Assembly (NCBI GenBank): GCA_964016885.1
Contig: OZ024740.1
Span: 70,432,001 to 70,496,000 of the forward strand
Length of the DNA: 64,000 nt
Direction of reading: 5' to 3'
DNA from: Eledone cirrhosa
Taxonomy: Eukaryota
The notes under the pieces were generated by a model, which was given only the letters and a program-made list of their open reading frames with translations, had not been told where the DNA came from and searched no databases. Positions within the stretch are counted from its first letter, which is position 1; the number at the start of each line of letters is the position of its first letter. Below, one piece after another: positions 37,663 to 53,131 of the stretch. The position numbers and the translations under genes were made by a program.

Positions 37663-38935
37663 ATGATTTCATTTATTAGCCACAAGGGCCGACATGTAGG
37701 GGACAATACAAAGACAGGGACAGTGGGGTTTACAATAAGGTCGAGTAAAAGTGCACAATGGCAAGACTAATTTAACAATGAAAATATAAAAATATAGAAT
37801 AAACTATGCATAAATATAACAAAATAAATTCCCCGATAGGGGGTGGACGACCTGGGGTGATTCGGGTACCCCACCAATCCTGAACCACTCTGCGCTTCTA
37901 GGGCACCCAGGGAGAGCACCCCTCTCCTCAAGTTAGCCAGCCTATAGGCGCATGGTCAGAGTAGGCCCATTCACACGAGCCATTCTCGCCACATTCACCC
38001 ACCTTTTAGCAAATGTACTGGGGGGCAGCACTTCTCTCTCCACCCTCACCCTCCTTTCCAGGTGAAACTTGAAGAAGTTGATGAGGGATTGGCCGAAGAG
38101 AAAAATGTTTGTCTTTAGTCCTTTCAACCTGGTCCACCATATAATCTCTTTCGCAACTGCCACCAGACAGAGGAAAATGTCCTGCTCTTCCTGACCTAAG
38201 GAAGGTGGCGGCTCGATCTTCACTATGGACTCGGCCGATAGCCGGATTCGTTCCACGCGCGACAGTAGCTGTTCGACATAACTCCACAAGTCAGTAATGC
38301 ACGGACATTGGACAAGTGCGTGCAAAACGGTTTCGTCGTTCTGTGCGCATCTTGGGCAGGTCCGTCTGACAGCACTTCCGTGCCTGTAGAGTTTATCCCG
38401 AACCGGCAGTGCCCCCCGGTAGCACTGCCAAGCGAGGGATTTCTGGAAATTGTCCATCTTCCCCGGCTCAAAAGTCCTCCGGTACAGACTGGTCAGTTCG
38501 ACTTTGTCGAGGCCCAAAGCTTCTCCGAGTGCGTCATCGCACTTGCCCACCACTAATCCTCTATAGAACTCGAGAGTGGAAGTTCCACTGATCGCATTTC
38601 CCGCTTGGTAGAGGGCAGTGAGTGCCTGGCAACATTCCAGGTGCCAGTCACCCAGTCTCGGTCTCTTCTTGACCCAGGACTGCAGCTCAGTCAAAGAAAT
38701 GAGCTGCGGAAAGACCCGTCTGATAAACGGCGACCACACCTGTTCACCATTGAGGCAGAATATCTGGAGATGTCGCAGCCTCAACGCATGTCTGCGCATC
38801 ATTAGCCACGGCATGCCCAGCCCTCTGCGTAGAGGGTGCTGGCAGCAGATGGACCGCCTCACCAACGGAACTTGTCCCCTCCACAAGAATTTGAAGAGGA
38901 GCCGTTCCAACTTGACGAGGCGCGGACGGGGGCAA
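37663..38935 (-). mobile_element. Tx1-clade LINE, family B, 5'-truncated (ORF2 C-terminus plus 3' UTR)
   Basis: The open frame 38935->37942 is homologous to the ORF2 C-terminus (SLAWQCYRGALPVRDKL, CPRC..ETVLHALVQC). 3' end CCCTTGTGGCTAATAAATGAAA. Confidence 0.9.
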
Positions 38936-38996
<61 letters not shown>

Positions 38997-39237
38997 TTTT
39001 CTTTATTAACCACAAGGGTTCACATAAAGTAGACATTAAGGACAGTACAGGACAATACAGGACGGTACAAATGGGCATTTCTGCGTGTAAAAAACAGAGG
39101 TTGAAATAAAATAACAAAGAAAAATTCCCCAATAGGGGGGAGACTTCCAAGGGACATTTGTGGAGAAAGCCCATTAAAAGACCACAGTGGCCCTGACCAC
39201 CAGGGCAAGTGCCCTCTCCCAGTTTTCCACCTTTAAT

Positions 39238-42200
39238 TTACAGACACATACTCAGAGAAGGCCCATTCATTCGGGCCATACTTGCTTCTCTCACCCATCT
39301 TTCAACAAAATGCTGGGAAGAGAGCACTTCCCTCTCTACCCTGATTTTCCTTTTCAAATGAAATTTGAAAAAGTTAATCAGGGCATCACCGAAGAGGTAA
39401 GTGCTCGTCTTCAGCCCTTTCAAACGTGTCCACCATACTATCTCTTTCGCCATGGCCACCAGACAGATAAAAACTGCCTGCCCTTCCAGGCTAAAGGAAG
39501 GGGGCGGGGCAATCCTCACGATGGACTCAGCTGATAGCTGGATAGGTCCTACACGTGACAGCAGGTGTTCGACATAAACCCACAAGTCAGCAATGCTCGG
39601 ACACTGGACGAGTGCGTGCAGGACGGTTTCGTCGCCCTGCGCGCATCTCGGACATGCCCGGCTGACGGCACCTCCATGCCTGTAGAGTTTATCCCGAACT
39701 GGCAAAGCTCCTCGGTAGCACTGCCAGGCCAGGGATTTCTGGAAGTTGTCCATAGGCCCCGGCCCGAAAGTCCTTCCGAAGAGATTGGCTAGTTGATTTT
39801 CGTCGACGCCTAGAGTTTCTCCAAGTACGTCGTCGCTCTTCCCCTCCACTAATCCCCTATAGAACGCCAAGGTGGAGTTTCCACCGATCACATTGCCCGA
39901 TTGGTCGAGGGCTGTGAGCGCCTGAAGACATTCCAGTCTCCAAGCGCTCCCTCTCGGTCTTCGCTTGACCCAGGACTGCAGCTCCGTCAAGGAGACGAGC
40001 TGGGGGAAAACGTGTCTTGCAAACGGCGACCACACCTGATCACCGTCGAGGAAGAGGTGGAGATGTCGTAGCCTGAGCGCGTGTCTGCGCATCATCAGCC
40101 ACGGCATGCCCAGCCCTCCACGTAGCGGGTGTTGACAGCAGATGGACCGCCTGACCATCGGAGCGCGTCCCTTCCACAAGAAGCGAAAGAGCAAACGCTC
40201 CAGCGCAGTCAGGCGGGGCTTAGGACAAGGTACGACGGTCAGGCGGTAGTAGATGACGGATGCGATGTACGCATTCGCCACCTTCGCTCGACCTTTCAGG
40301 GATAGCTTCCTCTCGGCCCATTTCTGGGTGAGAGAAGCCACCCTGCTCGTCACCTCGTCCCAGTTTTTGTCCGTCTGGAGGTCTGGACCGAACCAGACCC
40401 CTAGCAATTTAACCGGTCCGTCCGTCCAGCGCCCGACGACGCTGTTGGACGGCATGGACCTGCCTCTCCAGGTGCCGAGCTGCAGGCCCACTGACTTTTC
40501 CTGGTTGATCATTGCTCCTGTCACCGCTTCGTATTCTCTTAGTGTAGTGCCGATCGCCTCGATGTGTTTGGCGTTCGACACCACTACGGTGACATCGTCG
40601 GCATATGCTGACACGGATCTTCCGCATCCTAGTTCGCGCGGGACCCCCCTCAACGTCTCCAGTTTGTGCAGTAATGGCTCGAGAGTCAATACGTACAATA
40701 GGGACGAGAGGGGACATCCTTGGCGGACCGAGCGCATGATGTTGAACGGTTCCGAAAGGTGACCGTTCACTCTCACTACAGAGCAGATGTCGCTGTGCAT
40801 GGCAGCGATCCAGCCTCTGAAGACGGGCCCAAAGCCAGCCGCCCTCAGGACTGCCGCTAGGTAACGATGGTCGACCCTATCGAAGGCTTTCGACTGATCT
40901 AAATTGATCAAAGACCCACCCGTGCCAGGTTCCCTAGCTACCCTCTCTACGATGTATCGCATGAGGTGGAGGTTGTCGTGGATGGATCTGTCGGAAATGG
41001 CGCATGTCTGTGCCTCTCCCACCAGACCACCAACGACAAGCGCCAACCTCTTTGCTAGCACCTTGGCCAAAATCTTGAACTCTGTGTTTAGCAGAGTTAT
41101 GGGCCTAAAATTATCTATGTTATCCCCCTTGTTCGGATCCTTTCTCAGCAGCGCCACCGCTCCTCGGCTCACAGAGCTGGGAATTCTCCCGTTCTGTTGC
41201 CAGTTGCAGTAGACGTCCGCCAAGAGGCCTCCGAACAAGTTTGGCATTTGTACGTAAAGTTCATAGGGCAGACCATCCAAACCAGGCGATTTACCTCTTG
41301 TGCAACTAGTCATTGCATCCCGTACTTCAGCGGTTGTTATCGGCTTTTCGCAACACTCCGCCTCAGTGGCCGAAAGCCGCGGCAGTCCGTCGAGGTAGAC
41401 ACTAAAGTCCATCCCTCGATCCGGCCCGCCACTGCCCCCGAACAGTTGAGCGAAGTGTCGCTGAAAAGCTTCACACATTTGCCCGGGATCGAGTAGCATG
41501 CGCCCGTCGTGGTCCACCAAAGACCGGATCGTGGCTTTGTTGCCACGACGCGCCTCCGCCACTCGGGCCCATTGAACGGCTTTCGTCCCCTCGTGTCTGA
41601 GAGCACGCACCCTAGCTCTGACAACGCAGCCTTCGTGCTTTGCATTGAAGAATTGGTCAAGGGCCAATTTCGCCGCAAGTACGTCGGTCGCGATGCCTTT
41701 GCTAAGCGCCTCATCTAATTTTCTAACTAATTCTCCCTCTGCTCTATTTTTCTCTATTGCTAAAGTCTTACTAAACCTAATGGACTCTATTCTAATTGCT
41801 CTTTTCAGAGCAAACCACCACTTGTTGTTGACGATGGCCCCCGTCAACGCCCGCTTAACTAGTTCGCTAATCCGGTCTCTGTAGGCCTTGCGCGCTGGTA
41901 AGGACGCGTTTAGCTTCCAGTAGCCGGGTCCTCGTCTATGAAGCCTATCTAAGTCAAGCACACAGATCACGAATTTGTGGTCCGTGTAGCTGACTATCTT
42001 GAATTGTGGACAGCCTATGCTAGACCTATCTATTTCCCTACAAAATACTCTATCTAGATATGATCTGGATGACCCTATGCGATTTGTCCAAGTCCACATT
42101 GGTACATTCGGGAAATCCATTCGGTACCTGTCAGACAGTTCAAAACGTCTGAGCAGGTTGGTGAGACTCTTGCACCCTCCTTCCCTATCCACTAATCCCA

Positions 42201-42656
42201 CACAATCCCAGCGTGCATCTAAGATCCCGTTCCAGTCGCCCACTAACACTAAAGAGCGGGACGTTCCAAGAAAGGTCTCCAGACGCCAGAAGAAATCAGG
42301 CCGCCCTGCTCCTGTCGGGGCATAGACGGCCACTAACCTGAAAGCTTGCCCGTCTCCGCTGGTCACGTCCAGCACCACCAACTTACCCTCTGGGTCCAGG
42401 AAGATGGCCCGTATGGCAAGATCCAAACCTCTCCGAAAAAGCACAGCAACTCCTCCCCCGATCCCGGACGGCTGGGAGATGCGTACACATCGTAGCCGCC
42501 GAAGATCGGTGCGAAAGCCTGTGCTTCGGAGATTCTGGTCTCGCTGATGGCCACTACATCTATGTTTAGTGACCTGAGGTCGTTGAGCAGGTGGCCCTGC
42601 TTCCATGACGACCCCAAGCCACGCGCATTTATGCTGCCTATTCTGAGTGAGGTCAT
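39238..42656 (-). pseudogene. ORF2 (APE + RT + zinc knuckle), one frameshift near 42475
   Basis: The true N-terminus MTSLRIGSINARGLG is in ORF 42363..42656. The rest (GDWN, YTDH, QGCPLS, YADD, CPRC) is in 39238..42690. Confidence 0.92.
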
Positions 42657-42690
42657 GTTGAAAAGGAGTGGAAAAGATGGGAAAGACCAC

Positions 42691-44540
42691 TTACCTTACT
42701 TCTCGTAGGGGAAGGACGGCTTTTCCATCCTTTTCACTGCTTGTGGCCTCCTCAGGAAGGATGTCCTTATAAATCCTCCTGGAGAGTGCTTGTCGGAAGT
42801 CTCCGATGTCTTTGGGGAATTTTTGTTTTAGTGTCATGTACGTTTTCTGTGTGATGCGAGTGATTTGTATGTGTGGAGGTGGTGTGAATTTTGGGGTTGT
42901 TGTGTAGTCTTTTTCTGTGATGCTGGTGTTGTGTTGGATGTAGTGTAATAATTGCTTGTTGTTCAAATTTAATGCTGTGTAGTGTGTATCGTTTTGGTTG
43001 TTTTGTTTTGTTTGCGTTTGTTGTGGGTTTGTTTCTGTTTCGCTTTTTGGTGACTTTTGTGGTGTAGGTGATGGTGGTGCTGGGGATAATGATGGTGATG
43101 GTGTTGGTGTTTGGGTTGATGGGGTTGGTGATGCTGGTGTGGATGGTGGCATATCTGTCCTAACTTTTTTGTTTCTTAGTTTATTTGTTTCCCTCTGTAT
43201 TTTGTTTTTGGAGGGGGAAGGAAGAGAATTTTTTCTATTTTGGTTTCTTTTTTTTTTTCCGGATATCGTTTCCCACTCCTCGTCGTCACAATCTGTCTCC
43301 AGTTGTGATAGGCCGGGGAGTGGAAAATCCTCCACAGCCGTTAGTTTTGGTTGTGGTGTGGTGGATGGTGTAGGCGCTGGTGCTAGTTCTGAAGCGTTGG
43401 ATGCTGGTGGTGTTGGTTTTGCTGGTGGTGGTAGTGGTGTTGGTTTTGCTACTGTTGCTGGGGTTGTTGCTGTTATAGTTGCTTCTGTTGTTGCTGCTAC
43501 AGTTGTTGCTGCCATCTCTGCTACTGGTGGTGTTGATGGTTGTGTCACTGGGGTGGGTAGGAGAGGTGGCCTCAACCTTTTAGCCTGAGGGCAGAAAGCC
43601 CTTAGGTGGGTTCCTTCACCACAAACGACACACCTAGGTCTTCTGCCCTCGACAATTACCGTGAGGTGGCTGCCGTCAGTGAGTTCTATTACCTCTGGGA
43701 TCTCCTCAATGCTTTTTTGGTCCGCTTGGATCAGGAGCTCCATCCCAGATCCGGACCAGTTTTCCTGCTTTTCTTTTGCTACTGCTATTATTTTCGTGTT
43801 GGCTTCGATGCCGGCGAGGACAGCCGCTATTAGCCAGGGAATTTCGATGGCCGGTGGAACGTGGGTCACCCTGATCTTTACGAGTCTCTGGCCACAATAG
43901 CTTGGGACGAGTGTGAGGTCGTCACTTTTTAATGGGGCCATGGAGTGTTCTCTAGCCTCCTCTGGTGTTTCAAAGAACACATCCACGGTTCCATACTTTT
44001 GCCCACGTCTGATGTGGGTTTTTCTTGCCCACACATGTCCCAAAGCTTTTTGGATTTGGGACTCGGATGCCCGTTCCACTCGGCGCGATTTTACATTTAT
44101 TGTTCTATACGACACGGTGCACAGGCGCCGATGCTCCATTTTATTAGGTGGGGGGTGAGGCTGACCCTGTACCCATCTTTCTTTACCATTTGTTTGGCAT
44201 TTTCTAAATCTTCTTGAGTTACCGTGAACGCTTCGAATTGTTTTGCTACGATGGCGAAACTGAGGGTCGGTTTTATAATGTCATTGTTGTTGTTGTTGCT
44301 ATCGTTAATATTAATTTTATTTTCAGTTGTGGTGGTGGTGACGTCAGTCGTCTTTGGTGGGGAAGAGTCCATTTTGCTTGATTTCATTTCGACGTCACGA
44401 GTTAATTTATTTTTTTCTTCTTTTGTTTCTGTTGTCGCGGTGGTGGTGGTGGTGGTGGTTGTCGCGGTGGTGGTGGTGGTGGAGGGTTTAACACCTGCAG
44501 TCATTGGTAATGGCGGGAAATGAATGTCTGCCTGAGACAA
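42691..44540 (-). pseudogene. ORF1 (gag-like, CVVCGEGTHLRAFC knuckle), one frameshift at the G-run near 44150
   Basis: ORFs 44097..44540 and 42691..44139 overlap at a homopolymer. The start codon is uncertain. Confidence 0.85.
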
Positions 44541-44884
44541 ATTTAAAATATTGCTACTGCGTATATTTTTTTTGTGTTGGCAAACGTAGTAACATTTACA
44601 ATGGTGGTGTCGGTGTGAGGTGTTATTTTGTGAGGAAGGCTTTCAGCTGCTTCGTGCAGAGGGGAATTAGCCATTTTTTTTTCAAAGAAATTTTTGGATA
44701 ATAATAAAAGTTAAAATTTTGGGCACAAGGCCCCAATCTTTTTGGGTGTCCTTTTCGGAAAACAATGTATGTGTGCTTATAAACAGTTTACAATAAAATT
44801 TTCCATAAATGGCAATTTTTAAACAGACGGAAATAACAAACCTTTGCGGAGCTCACGATAATACGATTTCCTACGTAGGTCGCC

Positions 44885-44926
<42 letters not shown>

Positions 44927-45045
44927 TGAAAAATTAGCTTTTAGATCATTTTTAATTCCTGGCACATGTTTCAGGAGACTTATACGTTTATGCAAATTAA
45001 TCAAATAATGTTGCTACAAACACACACACATATATAAATAAATAA

Positions 45046-45104
<59 letters not shown>

Positions 45105-46391
45105 AACACACACGTGTGTGTGTGTGTGTGAATGTGAGTAAGTGTTAAACTCGAAATTTGAAACTAAATCAAAGCTCAGTTCACCTGTCTTTGAAATGTT
45201 GACTAAGTTGTCATTCCAGTAAATTTAAATAATTAAGTAGTGTTTTTTTATTTTTTCACTTTCTTTGAAATTATTCATCACCGCACACTACTCTGTTTTA
45301 TTTCAGAACACTATTTTAGTTTTTTAGCCACGAGAATTGTAGAGCAAAAAAAATAAGTTTCCGACCTTCCAATATCTAGACTGTTTCTGCATTTTGTTGG
45401 GACGAATTCACTATACATACATCGCTCCTGGCTTTAATTTAATCCCACAATGCATATTGTTAATAAATATTGAGCTCAGTGAAATAATTATAGTCTTATG
45501 TCCATTTTTCCACACTTGCAAGGACTGGATGAAGCTCGGAGTTTATCTCCGTTTCAGAGGCGTATATCGAATGAGAGGATAAGACAGAACTGAGACTACA
45601 TGGACGGGATGCCAATCTGTCATATGGCGAAATCCCAGCTGACATTCTCATAGCCGTGGGCTTGTGAGTATCCCCACTCACTTGTACTTTATTGGAACTT
45701 ATAATAAGACAATTTCCTCTGACGATTAAGTTGGTAATCCTTTTCAGTTCAAAGTCATAAAGCGCGCCTCGTTCTGGTAATCGAAGGTCCTTATGATCAT
45801 GAGTACAACATCCTTACCATTCAACCACGCGCCATTACTAATAAGTTTCACATAATACCCTCTTGTGCTCAATATAACAAAGACAAAATTGAAAAGTGTT
45901 GTTGTTTAGCTCCCGATCGGACCTATTTCAGCGAACCTATGATCGAAAACATTTCAACTGTCCCATCTCTTTTGATTACCACATCCAATGTGCCCTTCTT
46001 CACGTCACTGCTGGCACAATAGACGTATGGTCGAAGTCATTCATGTTATAAACATGCCTTTCTCTTGGTTTGTCCTAGTTTTATCCAGTAAGCCTATGGC
46101 GAAAAACATCCCAGTCGTAACCATCCTATCTTTTTCTGAGGACCACATTATCCAATACGCCCTGTGATAAGCCAGTCATAGTTCAGTAGACATTCCATCT
46201 GTGACCAATACGTCTTTTTTTCGTGAACCACTTTATTCAATATACTCCTTTTATATGCTTGTCAAAATTATGACATCACCTCAGAACACTTAAAACGGAC
46301 TTTCAAATAACCTTGGTTGGTATAGACCTGTATCTGTAAGCGCCAAGTAACAAGTTCTCTTTCTTATTCTGTTTAATATGTGCCATTGGTG

Positions 46392-46510
46392 AAGGCGTGT
46401 GGCTGAGTGGTTAGAGAATTGGATTCACAATCGTGAGGTTGTGAGTTCGATTCCTGGACCGGGCGATGCGTTATGTCCTTGAGCAAGACACTTTATTTCA
46501 CGTTGCTTCT
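46392..46510 (+). mobile_element. tRNA-derived SINE, family S2 (head plus conserved core)
   Basis: TGGCTGAGTGG A-box, GAGTTCGATTCC B-box, TGTCCTTGAGCAAGACACT core. Relatives at 7515-7600 and 60900-61140. Confidence 0.75.
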
Positions 46511-47907
46511 TCTACCTGGAGTTGCGACCGATAGATAGCACTAGCAACTGGAAAGACCAGCGGAAAGCTTGTTTCCTCGGTCCTATTTGACAAAAGTCGA
46601 TCGTTCCAAAGATAGGTGATATCTCAGTTTGGTGTAAATCTCTTTCAGTTCTGAAATGATCAAACAGACCAGATGATCATCGATCACCTATTGAACATCC
46701 TGCTCCTCCCATTTCATTATATTTTCCAATGTGTCTTTCCGTTTACATAGATATATTGTCTTGGTATGTCTCGATATTTCTAGTCAATCGAATGTCAACA
46801 GAGAGGTACCATTTGATGGTTCATCTTGTCATCATTAGGGATTTTGTTTCTTTTTCCCTACCTTCTCCTCTTTCTCCTCTGCAATTCCGTTACATTCTCC
46901 AGACGCAAAGCAATATCTAAAATCTTAACAACAAAAGCCAATGAAACTAACCCTATATGCTGAATTGATGGAATTGGTAGGAAAACTTGCTGTATTGTGC
47001 TTACGCACTCCTTTGGGTTTTAAGTTCAAATCCCACTAAAGTCGACATTGCTATCTTATTTTATTGACACTCGGAAGGAGGAAAATCCCCGGTGTGAATG
47101 TATATGATAAAATTATAATCGACTTTCACCCACGGCCGTAAAAAAATCACTTTTGCCTATGTTAGTATTCAATGTTAGTATTATAACAATGTTCTCGGCT
47201 TTCAGTCATAAACGATCTCTGTACTTCCAGGATTGTACTTAGTAGCTACGTCACTGAGCTGTATGCCATCTAGACATATGCTACAGGAGTCATTTTATAA
47301 ACAAAAGCCAGGTGCCCTGAATCTTCCGGTCTCATTAGGTGCACAAAGATTAATTAATGTCGTTTATACGTAAAGATTATCCTTGGAATTAAACAAAATT
47401 AAGAAACAAGAAAGGTCTCCCGGTGCAAGGATTATAACCAGCTGAAGAATTTGAACTTAATAACTCCATAAATATGATTATTTTTATCATTACTACAGTG
47501 ATGATTAGTGATAGTTGTGGTGGTGAGGCTGGTGGGGTGTTATTGTAGTTAGTTGGTGTTGTGGGGTGTGGCGTGTTGTCATGTTGTTGGCAGGGGAGTT
47601 GTTGGTGTTGTCGGTGGGGGTCGATGGTGTTGGTGGTGTTAGTGTCAATGTTAGTGGAGGTGTCGGCGCTTTCGGTGGTAGGTGGACTGTTGTCATCATC
47701 ATTATATTAATTATTCATAAATATAATAAGGATCATTTCTGTATGATAAACACTCCGTTATTAATCAACAATAGGGACAACAAAACACGTTTGAATTATA
47801 ATGCGAGGCTGCAGTATTAGTAGAGTATTAGCGGACCGAAGAGATTCCAGCCAGCTATCGGCTCTGAACTCCAGGTTTTAACACACGATTTCTTCCGGAA
47901 TGAGGGA

Positions 47908-47956
<49 letters not shown>

Positions 47957-48115
47957 AGTGTGTGTGTGAGTGTGTGTGTGTGAGAGAGAGAAGATGGGAG
48001 AGAGAAGGAAGAAAGAGAAAATGAGAGACAGAAAGTGAGCGAGATTGAGTTAGTATAGAGAGAATTGGACTGGTAATTTCCCAAGGTGGCCGTTACGTAT
48101 ATATATGTATCTGTA

Positions 48116-48157
<42 letters not shown>

Positions 48158-48219
48158 TTGCGCGTATATATATATATATATATACACACTTACAGAAATA
48201 CGACATTAAATGTGTGAGC

Positions 48220-48264
<45 letters not shown>

Positions 48265-48508
48265 GATATATTTACATCCAGCAGAGGTCAACTTTGCTTT
48301 CCATTCTTTCTAGGTCGATAAATAAGGAACTAGTCCAGTACTACAATCGATTCTGCCTTTATATCTATTTTCTATCTGTTCCTCTCTCTCTCTGAATTCG
48401 ACTCCTTTCAGACCTGGAGAGGAATGGATTCCGCCAGGTTTAAATGCCCAATAAACGGGGTTTCAGCAACCCTACAACTCCATCAGGAGTAAAGGGCTCA
48501 TAAGCTGG

Positions 48509-48592
<84 letters not shown>

Positions 48593-48689
48593 CGTGTGTG
48601 TATACGTGTGCATACTTACATTTATGTATCAGCTGTGCTAGGGTGAGAAATAAAATTCTAATATATATACATATACTCTTCTCCGCATT

Positions 48690-50520
<1,831 letters not shown>

Positions 50521-51123
50521 ATATCAAGCGTAAAACTAATGATATATTTCTTCATTGTATTGTGCTGTTTGCTTTGTTATTTCTGTTTGCCTTTTGCATA
50601 TATACATACATATGTAACGTTTCGGTCATTAGTCCTTCATCAGACGATAGAATGAGAAATAAAATGAAAAAAATAGAAGGATAGAGACTGAAAAAAGGAA
50701 GAAACAGACAAAAAAAGTTGTTTGAAGAAAAAGCAGGTGTGTGTTCATGCCATCTAATTGACATAAAGTTACTACTTCTTTGAAATACAGTTGTTGCCAG
50801 TTTTATTGTAATGTTTTGTTGTTGATACCATTTTATTGTTGTTAAGGAGTAGTAGGAGGGGAGAAGGAGAGGAGGCGACCATATATTATATATCACAATT
50901 TGAACATCAAGCACACGATGTGATGAACAGCACTCACTAGCTTATCTGGACACCTGCCTAGATTGAAAAACCATTCATAACACACTCACTCACACATCCA
51001 CACACACATAAACACACACTAACTTATAAATGTAGTTAACTATATATATATATGTCAGTGAGAGTGGATCATGAATATATATTTATATTTATATATAATA
51101 TATAAATATATATTATATCTAAA

Positions 51124-51403
51124 AAGTCTAAAGTCTGTCTTAAGCCAGAAGGCTCATTTGGCCGGTGCTTATCTCGGTTTCATGGCGTGAAACGACTGAG
51201 AGTACAAGACTCCCCCTGGACAGGACGCCAGTCCATCGCAGGGTTAAACCTCCAGTTATTGCTGGTACTCATTTTCACCTGAGTATACTGGAGCAACGTG
51301 AAATGAAGTCTTTTGCTCAAGAACACAACACGCAACCCAGGAATCGAGCCAACGACATTATGATCGTAAGTCCAACACTCTTACCACTAGGCCACGTGCC
51401 TCC
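51124..51403 (-). mobile_element. Full-length tRNA-derived SINE (S2-type core)
   Basis: GGAGGCACGTGGCCTAGTGG head, core GTGTTCTTGAGCAA, tail ..GGCTTAAGACAGACTTTAGACTTT. A tail fragment also occurs at 20975-21070. Confidence 0.8.
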
Positions 51404-51450
51404 ACTATATATAATATATATATATGTGTGTGTGTGTGTGTGTATGTATG

Positions 51451-51492
<42 letters not shown>

Positions 51493-51495
51493 TAT

Positions 51496-51568
<73 letters not shown>

Positions 51569-51933
51569 TATGCACACGCACGAGCCATCACCAGCCAGAA
51601 TACTAAACGTTTGCTACACATAGTTGCTCTCCTTCAAAGTCAAATTTCCGCTACCAGACCTTTCTAATTGATTCATATTACGTTCTCTATGAGGCACACA
51701 TACACCTGCTTTTTCTGTTTCTCTCTTCCTGTCATCATGATTACTAACCGAGCAAACTTCATCGCTTTTTACCCAATCTCTGCTTTTAAAATATAGTTAC
51801 GGATGATACTGCACATCCGCTGTTAATGCTTCATTTTAACTTCGTTCTAACTAGTTTTCTTTTTAAGACAACAACAGTAAACAACACACACAATTAATCA
51901 GGTCTACCATTTATAAGGAAATAGGTACCAACA

Positions 51934-52052
<119 letters not shown>

Positions 52053-52263
52053 TATTTCGTTTCTGAATTTGTTTAGCAAGTTTCTTTATCTGAAAACGTG
52101 TGTTGAAACCGATATTGTTATACTTTGGGAGGGTCATGTTGCCAATAAGAAACACATGCACCAGTTGCTTTCACTTCAATTTATTATAAATTGAATTTAT
52201 AAATTCAGGAATTTATAAATTTCCAGTTGGTTGGTTCCACAACCAGACGATTGATCATATATT

Positions 52264-52306
52264 GTCAAAGTTCTTTCATCACACATTCTGTGACCTCTTC
52301 AGTGAC
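52264..52306 (-). ncRNA. Minimal type I hammerhead ribozyme
   Basis: GUCA-CUGAAGA-G-GUCACA-gaaug-UGUGAU-GAAA-GAAC-UU-UGAC. Confidence 0.7.
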
Positions 52307-52858
52307 TGGGGATTATTTTCTTTGTTTTTGTGCCTCACCTTTGTTCTGTCCTACGCGATCTTGTTTTTGTGTGTGTTGTGTGCTTAGTTTGCGCATGTGT
52401 TACATCCGGGTGTCTGTGTGTGTTTATATTTGTTTATTTATTTGTTTATTTACATGTTACTGGTTGGTTGTTTGTTCTATGTGTGTGTGTGTGTTTTCAT
52501 TTTGTCCTTAATTGTAAGTTGTGATGTTGCTATTCCATTCATGTTTTCTATTTAATTTTGGTTGGAGTTCATTTATGTTTATTGCCTCATAAATGAACTC
52601 CAACCAAAATTAAATAGAAAATATGAGTGGAATAGCAACATCACAACTTACAATTAAGGACAAAATGAAAACACACACACACACATAGAACAAACAACCA
52701 ACCAGTAACATGTAAATAAACAAATAAATAAACAAATATAAACACACACAGACACCCGGATGTAACACATGCGCAAACTAAGCACAAAACACACACAAAA
52801 ACAAGATGGCGTAGGACAGAACAAAGGAGAGGCACAAAAACAAAGAAAAGAAACCCCA

Positions 52859-52901
52859 GTCACTGAAGAGGTCACAGAATGTGTGAGGAAAGAACTTTGA
52901 C
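52859..52901 (+). ncRNA. Mirror copy of the minimal hammerhead (base of helix II mutated)
   Basis: GUCA-CUGAAGA-G-GUCACA-gaaug-UGUGAG-GAAA-GAAC-UU-UGAC. Confidence 0.6.
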
Positions 52902-53033
52902 AATATATGAACAATCGTCTGGTTGTGGAACCAACCAACCAACCGTAAATTTATAAATTTAATTTATAATAAGTTGAAGTGAAAGCAACTGGTGCGTGTG
53001 TTTCCTATTGGCAACATGACCCTCCCAAAGCAT

Positions 53034-53115
<82 letters not shown>

Positions 53116-53131
53116 TAAAATAACAGATTAA

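Larger units (their letters stand above)
38996..44600 (-). mobile_element. Tx1-clade LINE, family C, near full length and nearly intact
   Basis: ORF1 and ORF2 each show only one visible frameshift. The 3' end CCCTTGTGGTTAATAAAGAAAAC is followed by (ATT)n. The 5' boundary is approximate. Confidence 0.95.
52112..53041. repeat. Long palindrome of two inverted PLE pseudo-LTR-like arms (~460 bp each, 10-nt loop)
   Basis: Arms 52112-52577 and 52588-53041; mirror ORFs in the track confirm it. Each arm carries a hammerhead. Confidence 0.92.

Noticed and set aside
37942-39174. 410-aa ORF with a poly-Leu 'signal peptide'
   Set aside because: Chance read-through from the family C 3' UTR and (ATT)n into a truncated family B ORF2.
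42476-42690. N-terminus of the 1150-aa ORF
   Set aside because: Out-of-frame extension; the real APE N-terminus starts at 42656 in another frame.
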